Assembly: GCA_963666565.1 (NCBI GenBank)
Contig: OY762911.1
Coordinates: 3,552,001-3,616,000 of the forward strand
DNA length: 64,000 nt
Direction of reading: 5' to 3'
Origin: Thermoanaerobaculia bacterium
GTDB taxonomy: Bacteria > Acidobacteriota > Thermoanaerobaculia > Multivoradales > Multivoraceae
This document shows positions 1-10,760 of this stretch, one piece after another (the stretch's first letter is position 1; each line of letters opens with the position of its first letter). The notes under the pieces are model-generated. The model worked only from the letters and a program-made list of their open reading frames with translations, was not told the DNA's origin and did not search any database. The translations under genes and the position numbers were made by a program.

Positions 1-834
1 CGGGCTCGACAGCGACACGAGGTAGTCGAAGCAGTCGCCGCGATTGATGTCCATGCAGTTGGCCACCGGGCCGAGGCCGTGGGTCGGATAGAGGTTCGCG
101 TTCCTCTCGACGGAGTGCCGCAGCCGCCACAGGCCCTCGTTCGCGTCGGAGAACTTGAGCGACCGCAGGTCGTGGATGTAGGCGGCCTCGCCGTGCAGCA
201 GCTCGCCGAGGAGGCCCTGGCGCACCATGTTCAGGACCATCATCTCGCTGCGGCCGTAGTTGCAGTTCTCCATCATCACGCAGTGGCGGGCGGTGCGTTC
301 CGCGGTATCGACGAGACGCCAGCAGCCCTCCAGCGTGATCGCGGCAGGCACCTCGACCGCCGTGTGCTTCCCCGTCTCCATCGCCTCGACGCAGACCGGA
401 ACGTGCCAGCGCCAGGGAGTCGAGTTGAAGACGAGGTCGATGTCGTCGCGTTCGCAGAGCCGGCGGTAGTCCGTCTCGCCGCGCGTGTAGAGCTCGGGCG
501 GCGCCTGCCCCGCCTCGGCGACCCAGGACGCGACCTCTTCGGCCCGCGGTTCGTCGATGTCGCAGATCGCCTTGACTTCCACTCCTTCGATGCGGAGGAA
601 GTTCCGCACGTGGCCGCCGCCCTGCAGGCCGACGCCGACGAAACCGATCCGCACCCGATCGAGCGGCGGCGCGGCGAAGCCGGCGCGGTACGCCTCGAGC
701 GCCGCGTCGTCCGGCCGCGGCGCCGCCGCGGCCCCGTCAGGCGCCTGGCCGGCCGCCGCCCGGACGCCGAGAGCGACCGCCGCGGGTCCCACCCACGCGG
801 CCCTAAGCAGATCGCGGCGGCCCCAATCGGGCAT
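1..834 (-). CDS. Tat-exported Gfo/Idh/MocA oxidoreductase, GH109 alpha-N-acetylgalactosaminidase-like (3' end runs off the window)
   Basis: Not in the ORF track; translated by hand. ATG at 834, MPDWGRRDLLRAA twin-Arg signal, GFVGVGLQG Rossmann motif, NLYPTHGLGPVANCMDINRGD motif typical of GH109. Confidence 0.8.
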   Translation of the reverse strand, partial: MPDWGRRDLLRAAWVGPAAVALGVRAAAGQAPDGAAAAPRPDDAALEAYRAGFAAPPLDRVRIGFVGVGLQGGGHVRNFLRIEGVEVKAICDIDEPRAEEVASWVAEAGQAPPELYTRGETDYRRLCERDDIDLVFNSTPWRWHVPVCVEAMETGKHTAVEVPAAITLEGCWRLVDTAERTARHCVMMENCNYGRSEMMVLNMVRQGLLGELLHGEAAYIHDLRSLKFSDANEGLWRLRHSVERNANLYPTHGLGPVANCMDINRGDCFDYLVSLSSP

Positions 835-837
835 TTC

Positions 838-1641
838 TCAGAAGTCGAAGAAGTCGTCGTCGCCGCCGCCGAGGTAGGACGCTTCCTCGTCGAGCCAGGC
901 CTGGAACTCCTCCTCGGTGTGCACGGTCAGGAAACCGCGCATCGAGTAGTGGCTGTTGCCGCAGAGCTGGGCGCAGGCGATCTCGTAGACGTAGTCCGGG
1001 TTGCCGGTCTCCTCCCGGATCTGGGCCGTCGTCTTGGTCGGCACGAACCAGACCGGAATCGAGATGCCCGGGATCGTGTCCTGCTTGATCCGCATGTTCG
1101 GCAGGTTGAAGCTGTGGATCACGTCCTTGGACGACAGGTGGATGATCGCCGCCTTGTCGACCGGGAGGTGCAACTGGTTCACGGTCCAGATGTCGTCGGC
1201 GCCGGCCTCGCTGTCGCGGTCGAGGCCGATCGGATTGGTCGCCTCGTCTATCAGCGACAGGTTCTGCGCGCCGAACTCGCCGTCGGCGCCGGGATACCAG
1301 ACGTTCCAGGCGAACTGCTGCGCCACGATCCGCACGACCGTCGCGTCGGACTCCGGCGGCACCTCGTCCACCCGTTCCGCCCACATGGGGATCGAGAAGC
1401 CCAGCAGGAGAATCCCTTCCGCGATCGCCACGGCGACCTCGCCGTAGGTGCTCGCCTTGCTCTTGACGCCGACGTAGTCCGCCTTCGGGTTGCGGCTGGC
1501 GCGGAAGCGCATCAGCACGTACACGAAGAACACGCCCCAGACGATGAAGAGCGCGAGCATCAGGTAATGCACCGCGTCGATCATGTTGTCGATCCGGCCG
1601 GCGTGCTCCGACGCCGCGGCCGGGAACATGGCATCCATCAT
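838..1641 (-). CDS. coxB: Cytochrome c oxidase subunit II (CuA), no fused cytochrome c
   Basis: Two TM helices, DVIHSF and CAQLCGNSHYSM CuA ligands; no CxxCH. Confidence 0.95.
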   Translation of the reverse strand: MMDAMFPAAASEHAGRIDNMIDAVHYLMLALFIVWGVFFVYVLMRFRASRNPKADYVGVKSKASTYGEVAVAIAEGILLLGFSIPMWAERVDEVPPESDATVVRIVAQQFAWNVWYPGADGEFGAQNLSLIDEATNPIGLDRDSEAGADDIWTVNQLHLPVDKAAIIHLSSKDVIHSFNLPNMRIKQDTIPGISIPVWFVPTKTTAQIREETGNPDYVYEIACAQLCGNSHYSMRGFLTVHTEEEFQAWLDEEASYLGGGDDDFFDF

Positions 1642-2111
1642 GACTTGACAGGCTCCTCAACGGTGCTCCACCAGGGCGGCACCGGGTCGGTTCGCAGACG
1701 CCGCGCGCGGCGCCGGAGATAGAGAAAGAAGAGAACGAAGGCCCCCTGCATCACGAAGACCGCGGCCAGCAGGAACCAGACCCCGGCTCGGGCCGCGTCG
1801 ATCATCGTCCCTTCGGCGGCCCCGTAGCAGACCGAGCAGGCCCACGCCGCCGGTTCGGAGGCGAAGAGCCACGCCGCCACGGCAACGGGAATCGTGCGGA
1901 ACAGCTTGCGGCGGCGAGCCCATTCCTCCTCGGGCGTCGTGATCTTCCGCCAGAACCAGATGCCGTACCAGACGAGCGCCGCCGCGACCGCGAAGGACAG
2001 AACGGCGCCTGCCGCGTACGCGCTCCCCTGAGCCAGGCACCAGCCGCCGAAGAACAGCGCCAGGAGAACGGCGCTGCCGACGAAGACGATGTGGATGACC
2101 TTCAGGTTCAT
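1638..2111 (-). CDS. Small oxidase-associated membrane protein with CSVC motif
   Basis: Hydrophobic ORF inside the cox operon, ATGA overlap with coxB, ACSVCYG after a signal-like segment. Confidence 0.75.
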   Translation of the reverse strand: MNLKVIHIVFVGSAVLLALFFGGWCLAQGSAYAAGAVLSFAVAAALVWYGIWFWRKITTPEEEWARRRKLFRTIPVAVAAWLFASEPAAWACSVCYGAAEGTMIDAARAGVWFLLAAVFVMQGAFVLFFLYLRRRARRLRTDPVPPWWSTVEEPVKS

Positions 2112-2130
2112 GGCTCGATCGGCGGGACCG

Positions 2131-2460
2131 TCAATGCGGCTCGTGCGCCTCGACTTCGGCGAACTCCCCTACCTGGTCCGTTACCGAGGTCAGGAGCGGC
2201 AACGCCATCAGGGCGATGAAGAACGCGACGGTCAGCGCCAGCGTCCAGTAGATGATCTTCTTCTCGTCGATCAGGTGCATGAAGAAGCAGGCGACCAGGG
2301 ACGCCTTGACGCTGGCGATGAACAGGCCGATGGTGAGGGCCACCGGCACCGAGACGTCCAGGTAGTACGCGCCGACCGTGGCGGCGGTGCCCACCATCAG
2401 GGCGCCGAACACCATGAAGTAGATGCGGACCTGCTTGTCGATATCGACGTGTTCACTCAT
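2131..2460 (-). CDS. coxD: Cytochrome c oxidase subunit IV (CtaF/CoxD family)
   Basis: Three TM helices, KASLVACFFMHL motif. Confidence 0.9.
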   Translation of the reverse strand: MSEHVDIDKQVRIYFMVFGALMVGTAATVGAYYLDVSVPVALTIGLFIASVKASLVACFFMHLIDEKKIIYWTLALTVAFFIALMALPLLTSVTDQVGEFAEVEAHEPH

Positions 2461-2512
2461 GGAATGCGACTCGCTCCAGGGTTGACCAGAGGTTCAGGGC
2501 GGCAGGCGTCCG

Positions 2513-3112
2513 CTACAGCAGGTAGAAGACGGGGAAGAGGAAGATCCAGACCAGGTCGACGAAGTGCCAGAACAGCCCGGAGTGCTCGACCCGGTCGGTC
2601 AGCCACTGCCGGTTCGTGTGGAACAGCTTCGACCCCGGCCCCGTGAAGTACGCGTTCCAGGCCATGCCGCCGATCACGTGCAGGGCGTGGAGACCGGTCA
2701 TCGCGAAGTAGATGGCGAGGAAGGTGCTCGACTCCGGGTAGTGGTCGTGCGCGAACTTCGCCGTGTACTCGAAGTACTTGATGACCAGGAAGACGCCGCC
2801 GCAGCCGACGGTCAGCCAGCCGAACAGCTTGAACCGGCCCAGTTGCCCGCGCATCAGCGACGCCCAGGCCATGACCATCGTCAGACTGGAGGCGATCAGC
2901 ACCAAGGTGTTCACCGTCGCCAGCAGAATGTTGAGCTCCGCCTCGGCTTGCATCGCGGCCCAGTTGCCGTCCGACCCGATACGCAGCATGATGAACGTGG
3001 CGAACAGCGCGCCGAACAGCATGACCTCCGAGGTCAGGAACAGCCAGATCCCGATCTTGCCGTTGTTGAGCCCCGTTTCGGGGTGGGCCTCTACCGTGTA
3101 GGGGATTTCCAT
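2513..3112 (-). CDS. coxC: Cytochrome c oxidase subunit III
   Basis: WLFLTSEVMLF, TGLHALHV, FWHFVDLVWIFLF motifs. Confidence 0.95.
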   Translation of the reverse strand: MEIPYTVEAHPETGLNNGKIGIWLFLTSEVMLFGALFATFIMLRIGSDGNWAAMQAEAELNILLATVNTLVLIASSLTMVMAWASLMRGQLGRFKLFGWLTVGCGGVFLVIKYFEYTAKFAHDHYPESSTFLAIYFAMTGLHALHVIGGMAWNAYFTGPGSKLFHTNRQWLTDRVEHSGLFWHFVDLVWIFLFPVFYLL

Positions 3113-3132
3113 CTCTTGATGTCCTCGAACGG

Positions 3133-4890
3133 TCAGGTTGAGGCCGGTTCGGCCTGTGGGACGTAGTCCTTGTCGCTACCCGGGACGCTGTACTCGTACG
3201 GCCCGCGCACGACCTCGATCGGTCGATCGAAGTTCCCGTGCGGCGCCGGCGACGGCGCCAGCCACTCGACGGTGGTCGAGTTCCAGGGGTTGCGACCGGC
3301 CTTCTCGCCGTTCCGGATGCTCATGAAGAAGTTGACGATGAACGGAATCTGCGCGACCGCCAGACACCAGGCCGAAACCGACATCATCCGGTTCAGACCG
3401 GCGACCTCGCCCGCGAAGTCGTAGCTGATGCCGCCGTCCGCGAGACGCCGGGAGACGCCGTTCAGGCCCTGGATCATCATCGGGAAGAAGACCCCGTTCA
3501 TGAAGACGAGCGAGGGCCAGAAGTGGAGCTTGCCCAGGAACTCGTTCATCTTGCGCCCCGTCACCTTGGGGAACCAGTAGTAGACGCCGGCGAACAGCGC
3601 GAACAGGGTTCCGGGCGCCACCACGTAGTGGAAGTGGCCGATCACGTAGTAGGTGTCGTGGAGCGGGATGTCCGCGGCCGAGAGGCCGAGCGGCAGCCCG
3701 GTCAGCCCTCCTATGCCGAACATCGGCAGGAAGCCGAGCGCGAACAGCATCGGCGTGTTGTAGCGGATGGAACCGCCCCACAGCGAGATGAAGAGCGCGC
3801 TCAGGATGATGACCGACGGAATCGAGATGATCATCGTCGTCGTCTGGAAGAAGGTGGACATCACCGAGCCCATGCCCGTGATGAACATGTGGTGCGCCCA
3901 GACGATGAAGCTCATGAAGCCGAGGAAGATCAGCGAGTAGACCATCGAGCGGTAGCCCCAGAGCGGCTTGCGGGAGTTGTTCGCGATCACCTCGGCGACG
4001 ATCCCCATCGCCGGCAGGATGAGCACGTAGACCTCCGGGTGGGCCAGGAACCAGAACAGGTGCTGCCAGAGCAGCGGACTGCCGCCTCCGCTCCGGTCGA
4101 CCACTTCGCCGCCGACCACCAGCCCCTCCGGAATGAAGAAGCTGGTGTTGGCCACCCGGTCCAGCAACTGCAGGACCCCCGCGGCCTCGAGCGGCGGGAA
4201 GGCCAGCAGCAGGAGGAAGGCGGTCACGATCTGGGCCCAGCAGAAGAACGGCAAACGCATCCAGGTCATCCCGGGCGCGCGGAGCTGGACCGCCGTCGTG
4301 ATGAAGTTGATCGCGCCCAGCAGCGACGAGGTGATCAGGAAGATCATCCCGATCAGCCACGCGGTCTGGCCGTTCAGCGCGATGTCCGCCAGCGGCGAGT
4401 AGGAGGTCCAGCCGTTGCCCGCGGCGCCGTTCGGCAGGAAGAAGCTGGCGAACATCGTCACGCCGCCCAGGAACAGGCACCAGTAGCTGATCATGTTGAT
4501 CCGCGGGAAGGCCATGTCCGGGGCGCCGAGCTGCAGCGGCATGACGAAGTTGCCGAAGCCGCCGACCGCCAGCGGCACGACCCCCAGGAACACCATGATC
4601 GTGCCGTGCATGGCGCCGAGCTCGTTGTAGAAGTCCGGCAGCATGATGCCGCCCGGCGCCCGGTTCTCGCCGAGGAGCGAGCCGATCAGGGGAATCGGCT
4701 CGCCCGGGTAGGCGAGATTCCAGCGCATCACCATCATCAGGGCGAACCCGAAGAGGAGAAACGCGAGGCCGGTGACGGAGTACTGGACGCCGATCACCTT
4801 GTGATCGGTCGAGAAGATGTACTTCCGCCAGAAGCTCTGCTCGTGGTGATGCTCTTCGTGTGCGGGTGAAGCGTGAACGGGCTCCGCCAT
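3133..4890 (-). CDS. coxA: Heme-copper oxidase subunit I, family A
   Basis: TDHK, MHGTIMVF, WFLAHPEVY, WAHHMF, HDTYYVIGHFHYV, SRR motifs. Confidence 0.97.
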   Translation of the reverse strand: MAEPVHASPAHEEHHHEQSFWRKYIFSTDHKVIGVQYSVTGLAFLLFGFALMMVMRWNLAYPGEPIPLIGSLLGENRAPGGIMLPDFYNELGAMHGTIMVFLGVVPLAVGGFGNFVMPLQLGAPDMAFPRINMISYWCLFLGGVTMFASFFLPNGAAGNGWTSYSPLADIALNGQTAWLIGMIFLITSSLLGAINFITTAVQLRAPGMTWMRLPFFCWAQIVTAFLLLLAFPPLEAAGVLQLLDRVANTSFFIPEGLVVGGEVVDRSGGGSPLLWQHLFWFLAHPEVYVLILPAMGIVAEVIANNSRKPLWGYRSMVYSLIFLGFMSFIVWAHHMFITGMGSVMSTFFQTTTMIISIPSVIILSALFISLWGGSIRYNTPMLFALGFLPMFGIGGLTGLPLGLSAADIPLHDTYYVIGHFHYVVAPGTLFALFAGVYYWFPKVTGRKMNEFLGKLHFWPSLVFMNGVFFPMMIQGLNGVSRRLADGGISYDFAGEVAGLNRMMSVSAWCLAVAQIPFIVNFFMSIRNGEKAGRNPWNSTTVEWLAPSPAPHGNFDRPIEVVRGPYEYSVPGSDKDYVPQAEPAST

Positions 4891-4927
4891 GGACGCCGCT
4901 CCTTTCTGGCTGCCTGTGGGGTCCTCG

Positions 4928-5644
4928 TTACTCCGGCTTGAAGACGAAGTTCACGGTTGCGTCGCCGCTGTCTCCGACCTCGACGGTCTCCGAGTAGATC
5001 TTGAACCGCTCGAACTCGTGCCGGGCCTCGATCGTGTAGGTGCCGGCAGGCACGTTCTCGATGCGGAACGAGCCGTCGGCGCCCGACACCGCGTAGAACG
5101 GATGGTCGACGACGGTCACCCAGGAAGTCATCCAGGGATGGACGTCGCACTTGATCCGGAAGCGCTCCGTCTTGTCGAAGCTGTAGTCGGCCTCGGTGAC
5201 GCTGGCCGGCATCGCCCGGTTGAACGGGGGGTTGTCCTTGGACAGCGAGTGGACGTTGTGCAGCAGGCCGTCCGAGTTCTTCACCTTGAACTGCTGCCCG
5301 ACCTGGATGCCCATGACGCGCGGCGTGTAGATGCAGCCGTTCTGGTCCATGACGACCGGCTGCGAAGGCGCGTCGAAGGACTTCCCTTCGAGGCCGTCGG
5401 TGATCACCAGAAAGACGTTGGCGAAGGCGCCGTCATCCCCGATCGTGAAGGTCTGGTCGAGGACCGTGCCGCTGTGCTTCTCGGCGCACTTCGGATCCGC
5501 GTCCATCCTCATCGGGCGTTGCGGAGGCGTGCGGCCTTCGTAGGTCACCTTGCCGACGATCGTGCCGCCGAGCGCGACCGAGGAAGAAGCCAGGGCGAGG
5601 GCGAGAAGAACGGCACAGACGCGGATCGTCTGCTTCGGAATCAT
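4928..5644 (-). CDS. Secreted protein: cupredoxin (type-1 Cu)-like domain within a carboxypeptidase-regulatory/transthyretin-like fold
   Basis: AAGGAG RBS before ATG 5644, signal peptide, LHNVH and CDVHPWM motifs. Confidence 0.8.
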   Translation of the reverse strand: MIPKQTIRVCAVLLALALASSSVALGGTIVGKVTYEGRTPPQRPMRMDADPKCAEKHSGTVLDQTFTIGDDGAFANVFLVITDGLEGKSFDAPSQPVVMDQNGCIYTPRVMGIQVGQQFKVKNSDGLLHNVHSLSKDNPPFNRAMPASVTEADYSFDKTERFRIKCDVHPWMTSWVTVVDHPFYAVSGADGSFRIENVPAGTYTIEARHEFERFKIYSETVEVGDSGDATVNFVFKPE

Positions 5645-5759
5645 GTCGATGCTCCTTGACGGGAGAGTGGTTGCGAGTGTCTTGAGCGAAGGCAGCGTAG
5701 CAAGGACGGGCGGGCGGAACAAGACGGCCGGCGAACGGACGGTGCGGCCCGGAAACGGC

Positions 5760-6995
5760 TCAGATGTTCTCGAAGGCCAGGGACTCCGCCAGCCGCGGGT
5801 CGCGCGCCGGCACCAGCGAGCCGCGGCCCAGCAGCCAGCCCGCCGCCGCGAGGAAGATCCCGCCGACGCCGAGCAGGGAGGTCGCGTCGAGCAGGCTGAA
5901 CGTCATCTCCCGGTGCAGGTTCGGCATGACCAGCCAGAACACGTCCCAGAGATGCATGGCCAGCATCCAGACGGCGCCGATCAGCAGCAGGGCGCGGTTG
6001 CGCTTGATCGTCCGCGGCATGAGGAAGAAGAAGGGCACGGCGAAGTGGCCGATGGCCAGCAGCATGGTCGCCGGGCGCCAGGCCGCCGGGTTGTCGGCCG
6101 TGCCGTGCAGCCGGCTCAGGAACCAGTTCGTCTCCTCCGGAATGTTCGCGTACCAGATGAGGAAGAACTGGCTGAAGGCGATGTAGGCCCAGAACACGGT
6201 GAAGGCGAACAGCAGCTTGCCGAGATCGTGGAAGTGCTCGCCGGTGACCACGCCCCGGAAGTGGCCCGTGCGCTCGAAGACCAGGGTGAACACGGTGAGC
6301 GCCGCGAACGCCGAGACGACCGTGCCGGCGAAGAAGTAGACGCCGAACATCGTCGAGTACCAGTGCGGCTCCAGCGACATCAGCCAGTCGAAACCGGCGA
6401 ACGTCAGCGTTACGGCGAACAGGGCGACGGCAGCGGGGCTGAACCGCGCCATGCGGCGGGAGAGGGCCTCGTCTCCGCTCTCGTCCTGCCGCCGCGACGC
6501 GGTCCGGAACCAGAGGGCCAGGCCGCTCCAGACCAGGAAGTAGATCGTCGTGCGAATCCAGAAGCCGGTCTCGTTGAGCCACGGCGCCTTGACCTGCAGC
6601 AGCCGGTCGTGGGCCACCGCGTCGGCGTGAGTCCAGTGGAACAGGTCGTACATGCCGAGGGCCACGACCGGAACGAACAGCACCGCCAGCACCGGCACGG
6701 TGCAGGCCAGGTTCTCCGCGAGGCGGCGCACGACAACGCCCCAGCCGGCCTTCGTCGCGTGGTGGATCAGCACGAAGAACAGGCAGCCGAGGCCGATGCA
6801 GAGGAAGAACACGACCGCCACCAGCCAGGAGTGGTAGAACTGCTTCGCGCTCTCCTTCGAGCCCATCGCCAGCACGATGGACAGCACCGTGCCGAGGATG
6901 CCGGCCGCGCCGGCGACGAGCGGCAGCCGCGCCCAGGAGCTGCCCGGCCGGATGACGAGCCGATCGAGGCGAACGATGCGGGGTTCGTGGGCCAT
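5760..6995 (-). CDS. actF: Alternative complex III subunit ActF
   Basis: DWLMSLEPHWYSTMFG, HDLGKLLFAF, FSQFFLIWYANIPEE motifs; start MAHEP overlaps the actD stop. Confidence 0.9.
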   Translation of the reverse strand: MAHEPRIVRLDRLVIRPGSSWARLPLVAGAAGILGTVLSIVLAMGSKESAKQFYHSWLVAVVFFLCIGLGCLFFVLIHHATKAGWGVVVRRLAENLACTVPVLAVLFVPVVALGMYDLFHWTHADAVAHDRLLQVKAPWLNETGFWIRTTIYFLVWSGLALWFRTASRRQDESGDEALSRRMARFSPAAVALFAVTLTFAGFDWLMSLEPHWYSTMFGVYFFAGTVVSAFAALTVFTLVFERTGHFRGVVTGEHFHDLGKLLFAFTVFWAYIAFSQFFLIWYANIPEETNWFLSRLHGTADNPAAWRPATMLLAIGHFAVPFFFLMPRTIKRNRALLLIGAVWMLAMHLWDVFWLVMPNLHREMTFSLLDATSLLGVGGIFLAAAGWLLGRGSLVPARDPRLAESLAFENI

Positions 6996-7603
6996 CAGGC
7001 GTCCCCTTCCCCGTCGTCGGTGTCGATCGGATCCTCGATCGGCACGTGCTCGACCTCGACCGCGCCGAGCCCGCTCAGGAACTCGGCCGTGGCCCGGTCG
7101 TCGTACTTCGGATCCCAGGCCTCGATCGCGATGAACAGGCCGTCGTCCGTCACCCGCGAGAAGGTCTCGGACCGGAACAGGGGATGGTGGTAGGTCGGCA
7201 GCTTGTTGAAGGCGAACATCCCGAGCACCGCGCCCAGCGCCGCGCCCAGCACGCCGAGCTCGAAGGTGACCGGCACGAAGGCCGGCCAGGTGAACAGCGG
7301 CTTGCCGCTGATGATCAGCGGGTAGGCCTGGATGTGGACCCAGCTCTGCAGGGCGAAGCCCAGCCCGGCGCCGGTCAGTCCCGTCGCCAGGACGAGGAAC
7401 GGCAGCCTGGACGGCTTGAGACCCATCGCCTTCTCCAGGCCGTGGACCGGGAACGGCGTCAGCGCGTCCCACTTCGAGTAGCCGGCGTCGCGGACCGCCT
7501 CGCAGGCGCGGTAGAGCGCCTTGGCGGTCTCGAAGCGGGCCAGCACGCCGTAGTGGCTGTAGCCCGCCGACGCTTCCGGCACGTCCAGGGTCATCAGGCC
7601 CAT
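6995..7603 (-). CDS. actD: Alternative complex III subunit ActD (DUF3341)
   Basis: TPFPVHGLE, SGKPLFTWPAFVPVTFEL motifs; directly after actC. Confidence 0.92.
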   Translation of the reverse strand: MGLMTLDVPEASAGYSHYGVLARFETAKALYRACEAVRDAGYSKWDALTPFPVHGLEKAMGLKPSRLPFLVLATGLTGAGLGFALQSWVHIQAYPLIISGKPLFTWPAFVPVTFELGVLGAALGAVLGMFAFNKLPTYHHPLFRSETFSRVTDDGLFIAIEAWDPKYDDRATAEFLSGLGAVEVEHVPIEDPIDTDDGEGDA

Positions 7604-7604
7604 G

Positions 7605-9065
<1,461 letters not shown>

Positions 9066-9195
9066 CGAGGGCGAAGAAGTAGGGCGGCTGTGCCCTCAGG
9101 GACGGGCCGGGCCACGGATCGCGCGGAAGCTAACACCGGCCCCTATCCGGGTCAAGGAAACGGCGCGAACGCTCCCAAGCGCCTAGAATGAGTCC

Positions 9196-9996
9196 ATGAC
9201 GCGCACACCGACTTCCACGCTTCGATCGGCCCCGTTCACGGCCCTCCTTCCCATCGTCCTGGCCCTTGCCGCGGCCGGCTGCGGCGGCGCCGCCCCGGAC
9301 GGCGGCGCCGGCGAGGCCGCGCCCGCGGCCGAAGCGCCGCCCGCCGAACCGCTCGGCAGCAGCTCGATCGCCGGAACCGTCCGCTTCGACGGCGACGTGC
9401 CGGAACTCCGCCCGCTCGACATGGACGCGGATCCGGCCTGCGCCGCCAAGCACGACGGACCCGTGTACCCGGAGATCCTCGCGGTCGGCGACCGGGCCGG
9501 CCTCGGCAACGTCCTCGTCTACGTCGCCGACAACGTGCCCCAGGGCCCCTACCCGCCGGCCACGCCGCCCGTCATCGACCAGCAGGGCTGCCGCTACACC
9601 CCCCGCGTCGCCGGCATCGTGGTCGGCCAGGAACTCAGGGTCCTGAACTCGGACGACCTGCTCCACAACGTCCACTCCCTGTCCGAGGTCAACCGCCCCT
9701 TCAACCGCGCGATGCCGGCCGCCATCAAGCAGGCCACCTTCTCCTTCACCGACGAGGAACCCGCCTTCCGCATCAAGTGCGACGTCCACCCCTGGATGTC
9801 GAGTTATCTGGCCGTCTTCAGCCACCCCTACTTCGCCGTCACCGGCCCCGACGGCTCGTTCGAGATCCCCGGCCTCCCCGCCGGCACCTACACCATCGAA
9901 GCCTGGCACGAACGTCTCGGGACCCAACGCTCCGGCGTCACCCTCCTCGACGGCCTCGCCGCCTCCGTCGATCTCACGTTCTCCGTTCCGCAGTAG
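9196..9996 (+). CDS. Lipoprotein paralog of 4928..5644 with cupredoxin-like site
   Basis: LAAAGC lipobox-like motif; shares MDADPxCA, NSDxLLHNVHSLS, NRAMPA and FRIKCDVHPWM with the operon copy. Confidence 0.8.
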   Translation: MTRTPTSTLRSAPFTALLPIVLALAAAGCGGAAPDGGAGEAAPAAEAPPAEPLGSSSIAGTVRFDGDVPELRPLDMDADPACAAKHDGPVYPEILAVGDRAGLGNVLVYVADNVPQGPYPPATPPVIDQQGCRYTPRVAGIVVGQELRVLNSDDLLHNVHSLSEVNRPFNRAMPAAIKQATFSFTDEEPAFRIKCDVHPWMSSYLAVFSHPYFAVTGPDGSFEIPGLPAGTYTIEAWHERLGTQRSGVTLLDGLAASVDLTFSVPQ

Positions 9997-10026
9997 CCCA
10001 GCCCGGGCGGTCACGGACGGGGCGGC

Positions 10027-10683
10027 CTACTTCCCAAGCGTCCGCCACAGTTCGGCGAGCGCGTCGTCCGGGTCGTCGACCTTGATCGTCGTCATGCCGA
10101 GCGCCCGGGCGCTCTTCAGGTTCGAGCCGATGTCGTCGAGGAAGACCGCCTCGCTCGGCTCGACGCCGATCCGGCCGCAGGCCAGCCGGTAGATGGCCGG
10201 ATCCGGCTTGCGCAGGCCGACGACGCTCGACTCGACGTAGTCGTCGAAGAGCGCCCGCACCTCCGCCCGCATCGCGGCCTCCTCCGCGTCCTTCGGCGCC
10301 CGCTCCTCCTCGCTGACCCAGTTGTTCGTCAGCGCCGCCACCGTGTAGCCCTCGGCCCGCAGCCGCCGCAGCGCCTCGATCATCCGCGGCCGCGGCGCCG
10401 ACTCCTCGGCGATCGCCGCCATCATTTCCTCCGCCGAGAAGCGTTCGGCCACCGAGGGGTCGGCCGCCCCGACGTCGGCGTCGAAGGCGGCGAAGAACTC
10501 CGGCCCCATGACCAGTTCTCCCCGCTCCATCCGCTGCCAGGATCCTCCCGGCCCGGCCGAGACCACCAGCCGGTTGACGAAGTTCTCCTCGATCCCGTTC
10601 GCCTGTTCGTAGCGCCGGATGGCGTGCAGCGGCGAACCGAAGACGACTCCCCCCAGGTCGAAGATGACTGCCTTGTACTCCAT
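10027..10683 (-). CDS. HAD-family phosphatase (epoxide hydrolase N-terminal-like)
   Basis: FDLGGV, LTNNW, KPDPAIY, FLDDIGSNL motifs; GAAGGGAG RBS. Confidence 0.9.
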   Translation of the reverse strand: MEYKAVIFDLGGVVFGSPLHAIRRYEQANGIEENFVNRLVVSAGPGGSWQRMERGELVMGPEFFAAFDADVGAADPSVAERFSAEEMMAAIAEESAPRPRMIEALRRLRAEGYTVAALTNNWVSEEERAPKDAEEAAMRAEVRALFDDYVESSVVGLRKPDPAIYRLACGRIGVEPSEAVFLDDIGSNLKSARALGMTTIKVDDPDDALAELWRTLGK

Positions 10684-10760
10684 GAACGCTCCCTTCCCCG
10701 TGCATCCGCCTTCCGGCCGGCATCGAGCCGCGAAACGGCGAGCCCGGGTTTGCCCGTTTC

